This document shows, piece after piece, positions 8,883-16,996 of a DNA stretch of 55,428 nt. Source of the stretch: Candidatus Eiseniibacteriota bacterium (GTDB taxonomy: Bacteria; Desulfobacterota; Binatia; UBA9968). A program made the position numbers and the translations under genes. Location: the NCBI GenBank assembly GCA_035559295.1, contig DATMBL010000011.1, positions 1-55,428 on the forward strand, written 5' to 3'. The notes under the pieces are model-generated. The model did not search any database. It was not told where the DNA came from and saw only the letters and a program-made list of their open reading frames with translations. How positions within the stretch are numbered: position 1 is the first letter of the stretch; each line of letters begins with the position of its first letter.

Positions 8883-10028
8883 CTAGCGAGCGGGCTCCGC
8901 TTTGAGCTGCTTCATAAACCAGTCGGCGATGTAGGTTCTCCGATCGAAGCGCTTTTCTCCGTGGCCCACGCCATCCAACATTTGGCGGCTGGGGGCGTTT
9001 ACGGCGCTTTCATAAAGCCTGAGCGCGCCTCGCGGATCCATGACCCTGTCGTCATGGCTGTAGCCCACCAACAGTGGACACTCTATCCGGTCCGCGCGAC
9101 CCGCCAGCGTAAACTCCTTGATTTTCTCGCGGGCATCGCGCAAATCTTTCGCGCCGATCAGCCAGCGCAGTCGATCCTGAATCGGCGGATAGTAGTCGAA
9201 AATATCGTCCACGAGATTGTAGGCCCCGCTCCAAACCGCCACGGCTTTGATGCGTTTCTCCGCGGTGGCGGCGCGCGGCCCTGAATACCCTCCCATGCTC
9301 GAACCGTGGAGGCCGATACGGTCGGGATCCACGTCCGGACGGGTGATGAGATAGTCGATAACGGCTTTGGCCACGCGTTCCGAATCGGGAGGCGCAAAGA
9401 GCCCTTTTTCCCGGAGAGCACCGCCATGGCCCGGCCCATCCACATCGATGAAGGCCATGCCGCGGCGGAGATACGGCTCCGGGCCTCCCTCCAGACCTCT
9501 CAAGAGGATGCCGTCGGCTCCGGCGTAGTTATAAACCACCGGAAAGCGATCGCCGGGCTTGCCCCTGGCGGGATAGAAAAGCCCGTCGAGGAGGTGTCCT
9601 TCCCACGGAATCTGGACTCGCTCGAAGGGCGGACGAACGAGCGACCATGCTTTGTCAAAAGTGTTCTTGAGTTTTCTGTAGGTTGGTAGCATGCGCTCGT
9701 CGCTGTCGGGCATGTAGACCACCGCGCGGCGGTAAAACTCGACGGCCCGAAGATAGAACTCGTGCGCGGTAACCTTGCGATCGTCGCGCGCGAAACCTTC
9801 CGCAAGCTCTTCGTTCTTTTCGGCGACGGCCATCCATTCCGTATGCCAGCTTTCAAGGTTGCATGGTTTGATCCTTCTTGCCACCGCACGGATGTCAGGA
9901 TCGGGATGTTCGGCGGACGCCTCCATCCTGATCTCCAATTGCCCGCCCCCCGGAAGGCCGCGGGCCGGGAAAAGCGCTCTTTCCGCCGCCTGCTTGTTCA
10001 GAACATCCCTCGTCGTTGGCTGCGTCAT
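8883..10028 (-). CDS. Alpha/beta hydrolase family protein
   Basis: The ORF carries the nucleophile elbow 'GLHGSSMGGY', a late 'SHDD' acidic residue and 'GVGHG' histidine. I chose the ATG at 10028 because AAGGAGG lies 7-8 nt upstream. The track ORF extends to 10094. Confidence 0.75.
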   Translation of the reverse strand: MTQPTTRDVLNKQAAERALFPARGLPGGGQLEIRMEASAEHPDPDIRAVARRIKPCNLESWHTEWMAVAEKNEELAEGFARDDRKVTAHEFYLRAVEFYRRAVVYMPDSDERMLPTYRKLKNTFDKAWSLVRPPFERVQIPWEGHLLDGLFYPARGKPGDRFPVVYNYAGADGILLRGLEGGPEPYLRRGMAFIDVDGPGHGGALREKGLFAPPDSERVAKAVIDYLITRPDVDPDRIGLHGSSMGGYSGPRAATAEKRIKAVAVWSGAYNLVDDIFDYYPPIQDRLRWLIGAKDLRDAREKIKEFTLAGRADRIECPLLVGYSHDDRVMDPRGALRLYESAVNAPSRQMLDGVGHGEKRFDRRTYIADWFMKQLKAEPAR

Positions 10029-10259
10029 AACACGACCTCCTTGGCCGAACGCGGTGTTTGCTCCCTCTTTGCCGCACGCGATAGCGAAAATCAACGCTGG
10101 TAGGGATGAACGAGCGGAGTTTCGCGATTTAGGTGAAAAGGGAACGCTAGATTAATAGCGGCTCTCTCCCCGTCTGGCGCGCCGGGGCACTTTAAAACCG
10201 GAATGGATACGCTCTGCGATGAGGATTGTATCGGAGATTCGAAGGAAAGGGGAAAATTG

Positions 10260-10631
10260 ATGAAAAAGGAAAAACAGCGGAAAACCACTATCACCATAAG
10301 ACTGACAGAAGACGAAGACCGAATCCTACGACACCTTTCCACGCTTAAAAGGACTAGTAAGACCGGGTATCTTACTCAGCTCGCCACAGATCAAGCGAGA
10401 AGAGAGCTTCTGAGCTACGCTGCGCGAGAATATCTGGAAGCAAAGGCGTCCTTAAGTGAGTTGGCGAAAAAGACCGGCCTGGACGTACCCACGATTATGG
10501 AAGAGGTCGCGAAGATGAAAGGGAGCGAAAAACAGGCAGTCGAGGCGTTTTTGTCGGCTGTGGAAACGCTCTCCAAGATCAATGAAGACCCAGAGCTTTA
10601 CAACCTCGCTGTAAAAGCCGTCGGAGATTGA
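10260..10631 (+). CDS. Small RHH-like / UPF0175-like DNA-binding protein (antitoxin-like, orphan)
   Basis: 'TTITIRLTEDEDRILRHL' looks like a ribbon-helix-helix N-terminus. 'ASLSELAKKTGLDVPTIMEEV' resembles the UPF0175 HTH. I chose the ATG at 10260 for its AGGGGA SD. No toxin partner is adjacent. Confidence 0.4.
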   Translation: MKKEKQRKTTITIRLTEDEDRILRHLSTLKRTSKTGYLTQLATDQARRELLSYAAREYLEAKASLSELAKKTGLDVPTIMEEVAKMKGSEKQAVEAFLSAVETLSKINEDPELYNLAVKAVGD

Positions 10632-10664
10632 AGATCGCGCTCATCGTGAGCTGTTTCCAAATTC

Positions 10665-10748
10665 CTCTAAATCTCCTTTTACAAAAGGGAGACTTTTAGG
10701 CCCTTCGTTCCTTCCTTCGTGCTCTTCACGTCCTCTGTGGTGAGGGTC
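10665..10748. repeat. Intergenic repeat element, copy 2
   Basis: It has the same hairpin core ('tctccttttacaaaagggagact') and 'ttcgtgctcttcacgtcctctgtggtga' tail as copy 1. It lies between convergent genes. Confidence 0.5.
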
Positions 10749-10765
10749 TTCCTTGGTTGGCGCGT

Positions 10766-11521
10766 TTATGCTGCGCGTTTGCAGCTTGCGACGAAGCTCG
10801 TAAAGATTCGTCGATGGTACGGGCTGGTGGGGGCCAGCACTTCGGGGTGCCACTGCACGCCAAGGGCGAAGGTATGGAACTGGCTTTCGATGCCCTCGAT
10901 CACGCCGTCCTCGGCGACGGCGTTGATCACCAACCCTCGGCCGAGACTTTTAACCGCCTGATGGTGCGTGGTATTCGTTTCGATGGCGTCGCTCTGAACG
11001 ATACGCTCGAGGCGCGTGCCCGGTTGGATGCGAACGCGGTGGCCGCCGGTGTGTTTCCGGGCGCTCTGTTGATGATCGGCCGCGCGCGGCACCTGCGTCG
11101 CAATGTCCTGATACAGAGCGCCTCCGAGCGCGACGTTGAGCGCCTGGGCGCCGCCGCAAATCCCCAAGACCGGCAGATCGCGGGCCAGCGCGAGATTCAC
11201 GAGTTCCAATTCGAACTCGGTCCGCTGATGCTTGATCCGTCCGAGTTCGTTGATCGGTTCTTCGCCGTAGTAACTCGGATGAATGTCGAAGTCGCCGCCG
11301 CTTACGATCAGCCCGTCCAATCGCTCGAGAAGACGGCGCCGAGCGGCAGCACTCGTGGAACATGGGAGAATGAGCGCCACGCCGCCCGCCTCCTCGACCG
11401 CGCGGCAGTAGCGCTCGGCCAAGAAAAGAGTCGGCTCGCGCGGAAAACCCGAGTCCGCATCCGCAGCCATCCAATCGGCGGTGATCCCGATGGAAGCCGG
11501 TAGTCCGAAGCCGCTCATCAC
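10766..11521 (-). CDS. Class I glutamine amidotransferase / peptidase C26 (gamma-glutamyl-GABA hydrolase-like)
   Basis: 251-aa ORF. It has the nucleophile 'LGICGGAQALN' and the His/Glu pair 'VQWHPE'. Its start overlaps the slt stop by 4 nt. Confidence 0.85.
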   Translation of the reverse strand: MMSGFGLPASIGITADWMAADADSGFPREPTLFLAERYCRAVEEAGGVALILPCSTSAAARRRLLERLDGLIVSGGDFDIHPSYYGEEPINELGRIKHQRTEFELELVNLALARDLPVLGICGGAQALNVALGGALYQDIATQVPRAADHQQSARKHTGGHRVRIQPGTRLERIVQSDAIETNTTHHQAVKSLGRGLVINAVAEDGVIEGIESQFHTFALGVQWHPEVLAPTSPYHRRIFTSFVASCKRAA

Positions 11522-12909
11522 TGCCGCTCGTAGAGCCGTTTGTAGATCCGGTGGTTGCGCAGGACGAGTTTCACGTACTGTCGCGTCTCGAGATACGGGA
11601 TGCGTTCGATGAATTCCTCGCTGTCGTCGCTGTCGATCTCCTTCTGCCAGCGATCCACCGCTTGCTCGCCGGCGTTGTACGCGGCGATCGCTTTGTGCCA
11701 GTCGTTGCCGTAGCGTTCGAGCAGATCTTTCAGGTACTGCGCGCCCAGAGTGATGTTGATTTCGGGCTCGAACAGGCCCTCCGTAGTCGGCGGCGACCAG
11801 CCGATCTGTTTCGCGACCCGAGCGGCGGTGGAAGGAATCAATTGCATGAGGCCCAGGGCGCTTGCCGACGAGCGGGCCCGCGTATCGAACAGGCTTTCCT
11901 GCCGAATCAAAGCCAGGAGTAGATAGGGGTCCAGTCCGTGAGCGCGGGCTTTCTCCTCGATCATGTCCCAGTAGGCGAGCGGGAAACGGTGGCGCTCTCT
12001 CTCTTCCAGGCCCTGCGGCAGCTGGTTGGCGAGCGCCAGGCTACGCGCGTAGGAGCGAGTTTTCGCGTACTCCCTGACCAGCATTCGCAGAAGCGCCGGC
12101 TCGCTGCCGGCCAGCCGGCTCGCGCGGTCGAGCTCGACAAGCGCGAGCGAGTCCAAGTTGAGTGCGGTGAGTTCTCTCGCTCGTGCGAGGTGAAAACCGA
12201 TATCGGCGGGAATGGCAGGCGCTTCGTCGAGACTGCCGGAGCCGCTTTTGCCGTTTTTCGCCGCCGGTACCGCGATGCCCAGCCGGGCCAGGCGCCGGGC
12301 GGCCAATCCATGATAGTAGGATTCATCCCCGGCCTGGAGGATTTTGTGATAGCTTTGCTTGGCGCTTTCGACGGCCCCGAGCCGCTCGGCGCTCCGGCCG
12401 TGCCAATAAAACGAGGCGGTTCGCAGGCTGTCGTCCTTTGCTCGGCCGGCAAGGGATTTGAAGACCGCCGAGGCTTTTTTGAAATCCCCTCCGATGTAGT
12501 AGAGCCACGCCAGCCGCCATGCCGCCGCATCGCGCGCCGGACTCTTGGGAAAACGGGCTTGGATCGTGTTGTAGAGCGCGACGGCTTCGGCCTTTTTGCC
12601 TTGCGATTCATAAATACTCGCTGCCGCGAGCAACGCCCGGTCGGCATCCGCGGCGCCCGGATAGCGCTCGGTCAACTGGTTGAAGTACTCGAGCGCTCGT
12701 TGGTTATCATTGCGGTTCCATAGAATCTGCGCGATGCGGTAAAGCGCCCGCGGCGCTTCGGGTCCCTCCGGATAGTCGCGGGCGATTTCTTCCAGAAGCG
12801 GCATCGCTTCGCTTCTTTTGCGAGCGCTTAAGTAGAGGTCGACCAGGCGTGTGAGGATCCGGAGGCGGAACGAAGGAGCGATCTCCTGCTCGAGGAGCCG
12901 CCGATACAA
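11518..12909 (-). CDS. slt: Soluble lytic murein transglycosylase (Slt70-like), TPR plus SLT catalytic part. The reading frame stays open upstream to about 13116.
   Basis: It has the SLT motifs 'ALIRQESLFDTRARSSASALGLMQL' and 'AIAAYNAGEQAV', with TPR-like repeats N-terminal. The TTG at 12909 is only the ORF-finder start. Confidence 0.85.
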   Translation of the reverse strand: MYRRLLEQEIAPSFRLRILTRLVDLYLSARKRSEAMPLLEEIARDYPEGPEAPRALYRIAQILWNRNDNQRALEYFNQLTERYPGAADADRALLAAASIYESQGKKAEAVALYNTIQARFPKSPARDAAAWRLAWLYYIGGDFKKASAVFKSLAGRAKDDSLRTASFYWHGRSAERLGAVESAKQSYHKILQAGDESYYHGLAARRLARLGIAVPAAKNGKSGSGSLDEAPAIPADIGFHLARARELTALNLDSLALVELDRASRLAGSEPALLRMLVREYAKTRSYARSLALANQLPQGLEERERHRFPLAYWDMIEEKARAHGLDPYLLLALIRQESLFDTRARSSASALGLMQLIPSTAARVAKQIGWSPPTTEGLFEPEINITLGAQYLKDLLERYGNDWHKAIAAYNAGEQAVDRWQKEIDSDDSEEFIERIPYLETRQYVKLVLRNHRIYKRLYERQ

Positions 12910-13010
12910 GAGCGCGGCATCGCTGTCTTGCCGCTCCCGCGCCAGCCGGTCCGCCTCCTCGGCGATCGCCGCTTGAGTATTGAGACCGAACAGGACCGGA
13001 AACTCGCCTC

Positions 13011-13583
13011 TCAGACGGCCGGTTTCTTTCCTCGCGAGCGCCGCCCAGGGAGACTGGGGGCGCGATTGCGCACCTCGAGGTAAAGCGAAAACGCCTGCGC
13101 CAGGTCTCCCCGCGCTTCATGCGCCTGCGCTTCCAAGAAAAGACTCTCTTCGGCGATCTGTTCAGGCAGCTCCTTCCGCTCGCGCAGGCTGCGGAGAATG
13201 TCAACCGCCTGGGGATAGTCCCGCTCACCGATCGCGATTTTTGCGCGTTGAATTTCCGCATGAGGGAACCAGACGCTTTGAGGGTAGCGACTCTGAAGCC
13301 CGGCCAGCAGCTGGCGCGCGGTTTCCCATTCACGCTCCTGGATCGCGATCCGAGAAAGAAAATAAAGCGCGTAGTCTGCGAGCGGCGAATCGGGCGCGAG
13401 CGCTTGGACGAAAAACTCCTTGGCTTCGGCGTGCCGTCCGGCAGACCAGCGCGCGTATCCGTGAGCAAACTGCTGCGCGGCGCTGCTCGTTTGCGTCGAT
13501 GCCGGCGCGCTGCTGCCGCTCAACAGGAGATACACGGCCATGGAACAGAGGACCCGCCGCATGTGCATGCGATTGTAAGGCAC
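13011..13583 (-). CDS. slt: N-terminal signal-peptide plus TPR segment of the same Slt-like protein, separated by an apparent 1-nt frameshift
   Basis: The 190-aa ORF has a signal peptide 'MRRVLCSMAVYLLLSGSSAPAST' and TPR-like repeats. It terminates 14 codons after a C5 run (plus strand G5 at 13056-13060), where the downstream frame is open. Confidence 0.7.
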   Translation of the reverse strand: MPYNRMHMRRVLCSMAVYLLLSGSSAPASTQTSSAAQQFAHGYARWSAGRHAEAKEFFVQALAPDSPLADYALYFLSRIAIQEREWETARQLLAGLQSRYPQSVWFPHAEIQRAKIAIGERDYPQAVDILRSLRERKELPEQIAEESLFLEAQAHEARGDLAQAFSLYLEVRNRAPSLPGRRSRGKKPAV

Positions 13584-13834
13584 GGCGCTTGCCTATTCAA
13601 TCGAACTCGCGTGCCGATCGGTTGTTTTTTAAGCCGATGAACGTTATGGTTTCGCTCATCGGAGCGCGATCGCCGCCAGACACCGGAATTTTCCCTCTCC
13701 GGCGGGCGCATGCGGGTACGCAAAAGGGGATACGTACCTCTCGTGCGAAGCACCCTCCGGGCGATCTTGGCAAAAGGCGCCTATCCCCTTTCCGAGACGT
13801 CGATATATTCGCGCGCATAGTTCGAGGGGCAGAT

Positions 13835-14269
13835 TTGAAGATCGAAGGTCAATACACATTCGCTGCGCCCCGGGAGAGGGTCTGGCAGGTATTGCTGGAT
13901 CCGAAAATAATCGCCCAATGCATTCCGGGCTGCGAACAACTGACCGAAGTCGGGCCCGACGAATACGAAGCCCGGGTTCAGGTTGGAGTGGCGGCGGTTA
14001 AAGGCACGTACAAAGGCAAGGTGGCGATCAGAGACAAGCAGCCTCCGTCTCACTACCGGCTGAGCGGCTCGGGGTCGGGCGCTCCCGGTTTCCTGCGCGG
14101 CGACGTGGCGATCGACCTCGAAGAGCTTAACGGCCGGACCGTCATCAAATACAGCGCGGATACGCAGGCGGGAGGTCTCATCGCCGGTATCGGACAGCGG
14201 ATGTTGGGTGGCGTGGCGAAGATGATGCTCGATCAGTTTTTCAAAAAAATGGAAACCTTTGTCACTTGA
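13835..14269 (+). CDS. SRPBCC-fold CoxG-family protein
   Basis: 'KIEGQYTFAAPRERVWQVLLDPKIIAQCIPGCEQL...KGTYKGKVAI' is typical of CoxG. A TTG start at 13835 has GAGGGG upstream. The 5' 850 nt of the track ORF is antisense to slt. Confidence 0.8.
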   Translation: MKIEGQYTFAAPRERVWQVLLDPKIIAQCIPGCEQLTEVGPDEYEARVQVGVAAVKGTYKGKVAIRDKQPPSHYRLSGSGSGAPGFLRGDVAIDLEELNGRTVIKYSADTQAGGLIAGIGQRMLGGVAKMMLDQFFKKMETFVT

Positions 14270-14272
14270 GGC

Positions 14273-15178
14273 ATGAGGGCTCTCGGGTTGGACTCGCGAG
14301 CCGCGCCGAAACCGTGCGCGCGGCCGCTCGTCAGCGTCATCATTCCCACCTATAATCGCCGGGCGATGGTCAAAGAAGCGATCGACTCGGTATTGTCTCA
14401 AACGTTTACCGGCTTCGAGTTGATCGTGGTCGATGACGGCTCGACGGATGGAACCGTTGGCGAACTCGAGGCGTACGACACCCGTCTTCGTCTGATCAGC
14501 CAGGAGCGGCGCGGGGTTGCAGCCGCGAGAAATACCGGCGCTCGAATGGCGGCGGGGCGCTACCTCGCGTTTCTCGACTCCGATGATCTCTGGTTACCCA
14601 AGAAGCTCGAAATCCAGACATCGTTCATGGCGCGCTCCGGCGATCGAATCTGCCAGACAGAGGAAATCTGGATCCGTCACGGTCGCCGGGTGAACCCGAA
14701 GCTCAAGCACCGGAAGCCTTCCGGCGATGTTTTTCGCCGCAGCTTGGCGCTTTGCCTGATTAGTCCTTCGGCGGTGATGATGACCCGGGAGCTGTTTGAA
14801 AACGCGGGTGGGTTCGACGAAAATTTTCGCGTTTGCGAAGACTACGAGCTGTGGCTCCGGCTCGCGGCAGTTTGCTCCGTCCCGCTCCTGCCGGTGCCGC
14901 TGGTGGTAAAAAGAGGAGGTCACGCAGACCAGCTATCGCGCAGCGAATGGGGATTGGATCGGTTCCGGATCGCGGCTCTGGTAAAGCTCTCCGCTGCCGG
15001 GTTGGCGGAGGAGAAGCGCCGGTGGGTCGCCGACGAGCTTAAGCGCAAGCTCGCGATCTTCACCGCCGGGGCGAGGAAGAGAGGCCGTGAGAACGAAGCG
15101 CTTATGTACGAGCGGCTGGTTGCACGCGCTTTCGAGGATCCGCTCTATGCGGGAAGAAGAGATTCGACGGTATGCTGA
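14273..15178 (+). CDS. Glycosyltransferase family 2
   Basis: 'VSVIIPTYNRRAMVKEAIDSVLSQTFTGFELIVVDDGSTDGT' and 'LDSDD'. Confidence 0.85.
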   Translation: MRALGLDSRAAPKPCARPLVSVIIPTYNRRAMVKEAIDSVLSQTFTGFELIVVDDGSTDGTVGELEAYDTRLRLISQERRGVAAARNTGARMAAGRYLAFLDSDDLWLPKKLEIQTSFMARSGDRICQTEEIWIRHGRRVNPKLKHRKPSGDVFRRSLALCLISPSAVMMTRELFENAGGFDENFRVCEDYELWLRLAAVCSVPLLPVPLVVKRGGHADQLSRSEWGLDRFRIAALVKLSAAGLAEEKRRWVADELKRKLAIFTAGARKRGRENEALMYERLVARAFEDPLYAGRRDSTVC

Positions 15179-15734
15179 AAACCGCCGGTTTCGTCCCGCC
15201 ACCATCGATCGCCTGTACGGGTGGGGTGAGAAGGACCGGAACGCGCTTTTCCGGCTTGTCTTGAGTCTCAAGATGAGCGAGAACCATGTGCGGGACTTCG
15301 CTGATTGGCTGGAAGAAATCTCGCTCAGGGATGGAACCACCGCGGCCGACGTCCTCTCGAGCGCGCCGATCCACAAGATCGAAACGGACCCGCGCCTGGG
15401 CCGCGCCGATAAGCTGAAAACGATCAAGGACCAACTCCGGCGGCTGAGGTTTCCCGGGTTGAGCGCGGCGGAAGAGGACATCAAAGCGCGCATCCGCGAG
15501 TTGAAGCTGCCGCCCGGGCTCCGGATGAGCGCGCCGCCGGGACTCGAGGGCGGAAAGTTGCGTGTCGAGTTCGAAGCGTCGAGCGTACGGGAGCTGGAAG
15601 CAATGGTTGGCGCGTTGACGCAATCGGTTCACCATCCCGCGCTCAGCGCAACGTTCGACGTGCTTCAAGGAAAGCGGCAACCCGAACCGGTGAGGGATTT
15701 CGAAAAGCCCGTGAAGTCCGATGCGGCAGGTTGA
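15147..15734 (+). CDS. Hypothetical protein
   Basis: This is a roughly 195-aa charged, helical ORF with no motif I recognised. Its ATG at 15147 overlaps the GT2 end and its stop overlaps the next gene by 14 nt. Confidence 0.45.
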   Translation: MREEEIRRYAENRRFRPATIDRLYGWGEKDRNALFRLVLSLKMSENHVRDFADWLEEISLRDGTTAADVLSSAPIHKIETDPRLGRADKLKTIKDQLRRLRFPGLSAAEEDIKARIRELKLPPGLRMSAPPGLEGGKLRVEFEASSVRELEAMVGALTQSVHHPALSATFDVLQGKRQPEPVRDFEKPVKSDAAG

Positions 15735-16815
15735 ATTCGATCAGCTGGTAGTCGAGCGAGGGTCGGAGGGAAGCCCGATCTTTGATAATCTGCGGCGCGC
15801 GTTACCGGATGTGCCGGTGACGTTTGTCGAACGGGGCTTTCCGCTCAAGCGGCCGGGCCATTGGGGCCATCGCGCTTTCGGCTTGGCCAAAAAACGCCTC
15901 TATCTGGCTCGCCATGAGGGTGAGTTTCTCAAGAAATGTCCCGGCAGCGACGGTCAGGTCTGCTGTAACTACTTTGTGGTGAACTTTGCCAGCAACTGCC
16001 CGATGGATTGCAGTTACTGCTATTTGCAGGAGTATCTGGCGAACAATCCCGAGCTCAAGGTTTTCAGCAACGTCAACGACTTGCTCGAGGAAACGGATCG
16101 ACTCTTGAGCCGTCATCGCAGGCATTTCTTCCGTATCGGCACGGGCGAGATTACCGATAGCCTCGCCTTAGAGCCCTACATCGGTTTTGCCCGGACGGTG
16201 ATCCCCTTCTTCGCCGAACAGCCCAACGTGCTGCTGGAGTTGAAAACCAAGAGCGACGCCGTCGCCGGCCTGTTGCCCCTGAATCCGAAGGGGAGGGTGG
16301 TCGTGTCCTGGTCGATCAATCCGCGCGCGGTAATCGAGGCCGACGAACATGGGACGGCATCCCTCGACGAGCGGCTTCGCGCCGCGCGCGAGTGTCAAGA
16401 AGCGGGTTACCGATTGGGGTTCCATTTCGATCCGATGGTCGAGTATCCCGAATGGGAGCGGGACTACGAGCACCTCGTCGAGGAAATCTTTGCAACCGTC
16501 GATTGGCGGGCGATCGCCTGGTTCAGCATGGGGGTGCTAAGGACAACGCCCGGTTTGAAGCGGGCGATGCGCGCGCGGTATCCGGAAAGCCGGCTGCTCG
16601 CCGCTGAACAGGTCCTCTGCCCGGATGGGAAACTCAGGTATTACCATCCGCTCCGTGTTGCGATGTATCGCTCCATGCTGGGCTGGATCCGAAGAGCGGC
16701 TCCTACGAGCAAGGTGTATCTCTGTATGGAATCCAAAGACGTCTGGGAGCAGGTTTTCGGTTTTGCGCCGAGCTGCGAAAAGGAGCTGGGCAGGAGCCTG
16801 GCGGCGGCGCAATGA
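15721..16815 (+). CDS. Radical SAM protein, spore-photoproduct-lyase (SplB)-like
   Basis: 364-aa ORF. It has the CxxxCxxC cluster 'NCPMDCSYCYLQEY'. Its overall length and pattern resemble the SplB / DNA photolyase-like family. Confidence 0.75.
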   Translation: MRQVEFDQLVVERGSEGSPIFDNLRRALPDVPVTFVERGFPLKRPGHWGHRAFGLAKKRLYLARHEGEFLKKCPGSDGQVCCNYFVVNFASNCPMDCSYCYLQEYLANNPELKVFSNVNDLLEETDRLLSRHRRHFFRIGTGEITDSLALEPYIGFARTVIPFFAEQPNVLLELKTKSDAVAGLLPLNPKGRVVVSWSINPRAVIEADEHGTASLDERLRAARECQEAGYRLGFHFDPMVEYPEWERDYEHLVEEIFATVDWRAIAWFSMGVLRTTPGLKRAMRARYPESRLLAAEQVLCPDGKLRYYHPLRVAMYRSMLGWIRRAAPTSKVYLCMESKDVWEQVFGFAPSCEKELGRSLAAAQ

Positions 16816-16996
16816 ACATGCGCATCGAGTCGTTTCGCGCAAGCCCGGCAACGATCGCCGAGGAGACTCGAGCCGCCTCTTAAGTCCGTGCGTCGATGGC
16901 ATGCGTGGCGCGAAGTCTCGGTTGCTGCCAATGCATTTCTTCAATAAAATGATGTAACTGGCGCTTACCGCAACAGAAACAGCCCTAACGCATTTC

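Noticed and set aside
10757-11503. A 248-aa plus-strand ORF and a 174-aa minus-strand alternative-frame ORF inside the amidotransferase gene.
   Set aside because: The frame with the C26 catalytic motifs (10766-11521, minus strand) explains the region. The others are low-complexity shadows.
12980-13834. The N-terminal 285 aa of the 429-aa plus-strand ORF ending at 14269.
   Set aside because: This part is antisense to the slt N-terminal segment and is Arg/Pro/Ala-rich nonsense. Only the last 144 codons (from TTG 13835, with an SD) form the CoxG-like protein.
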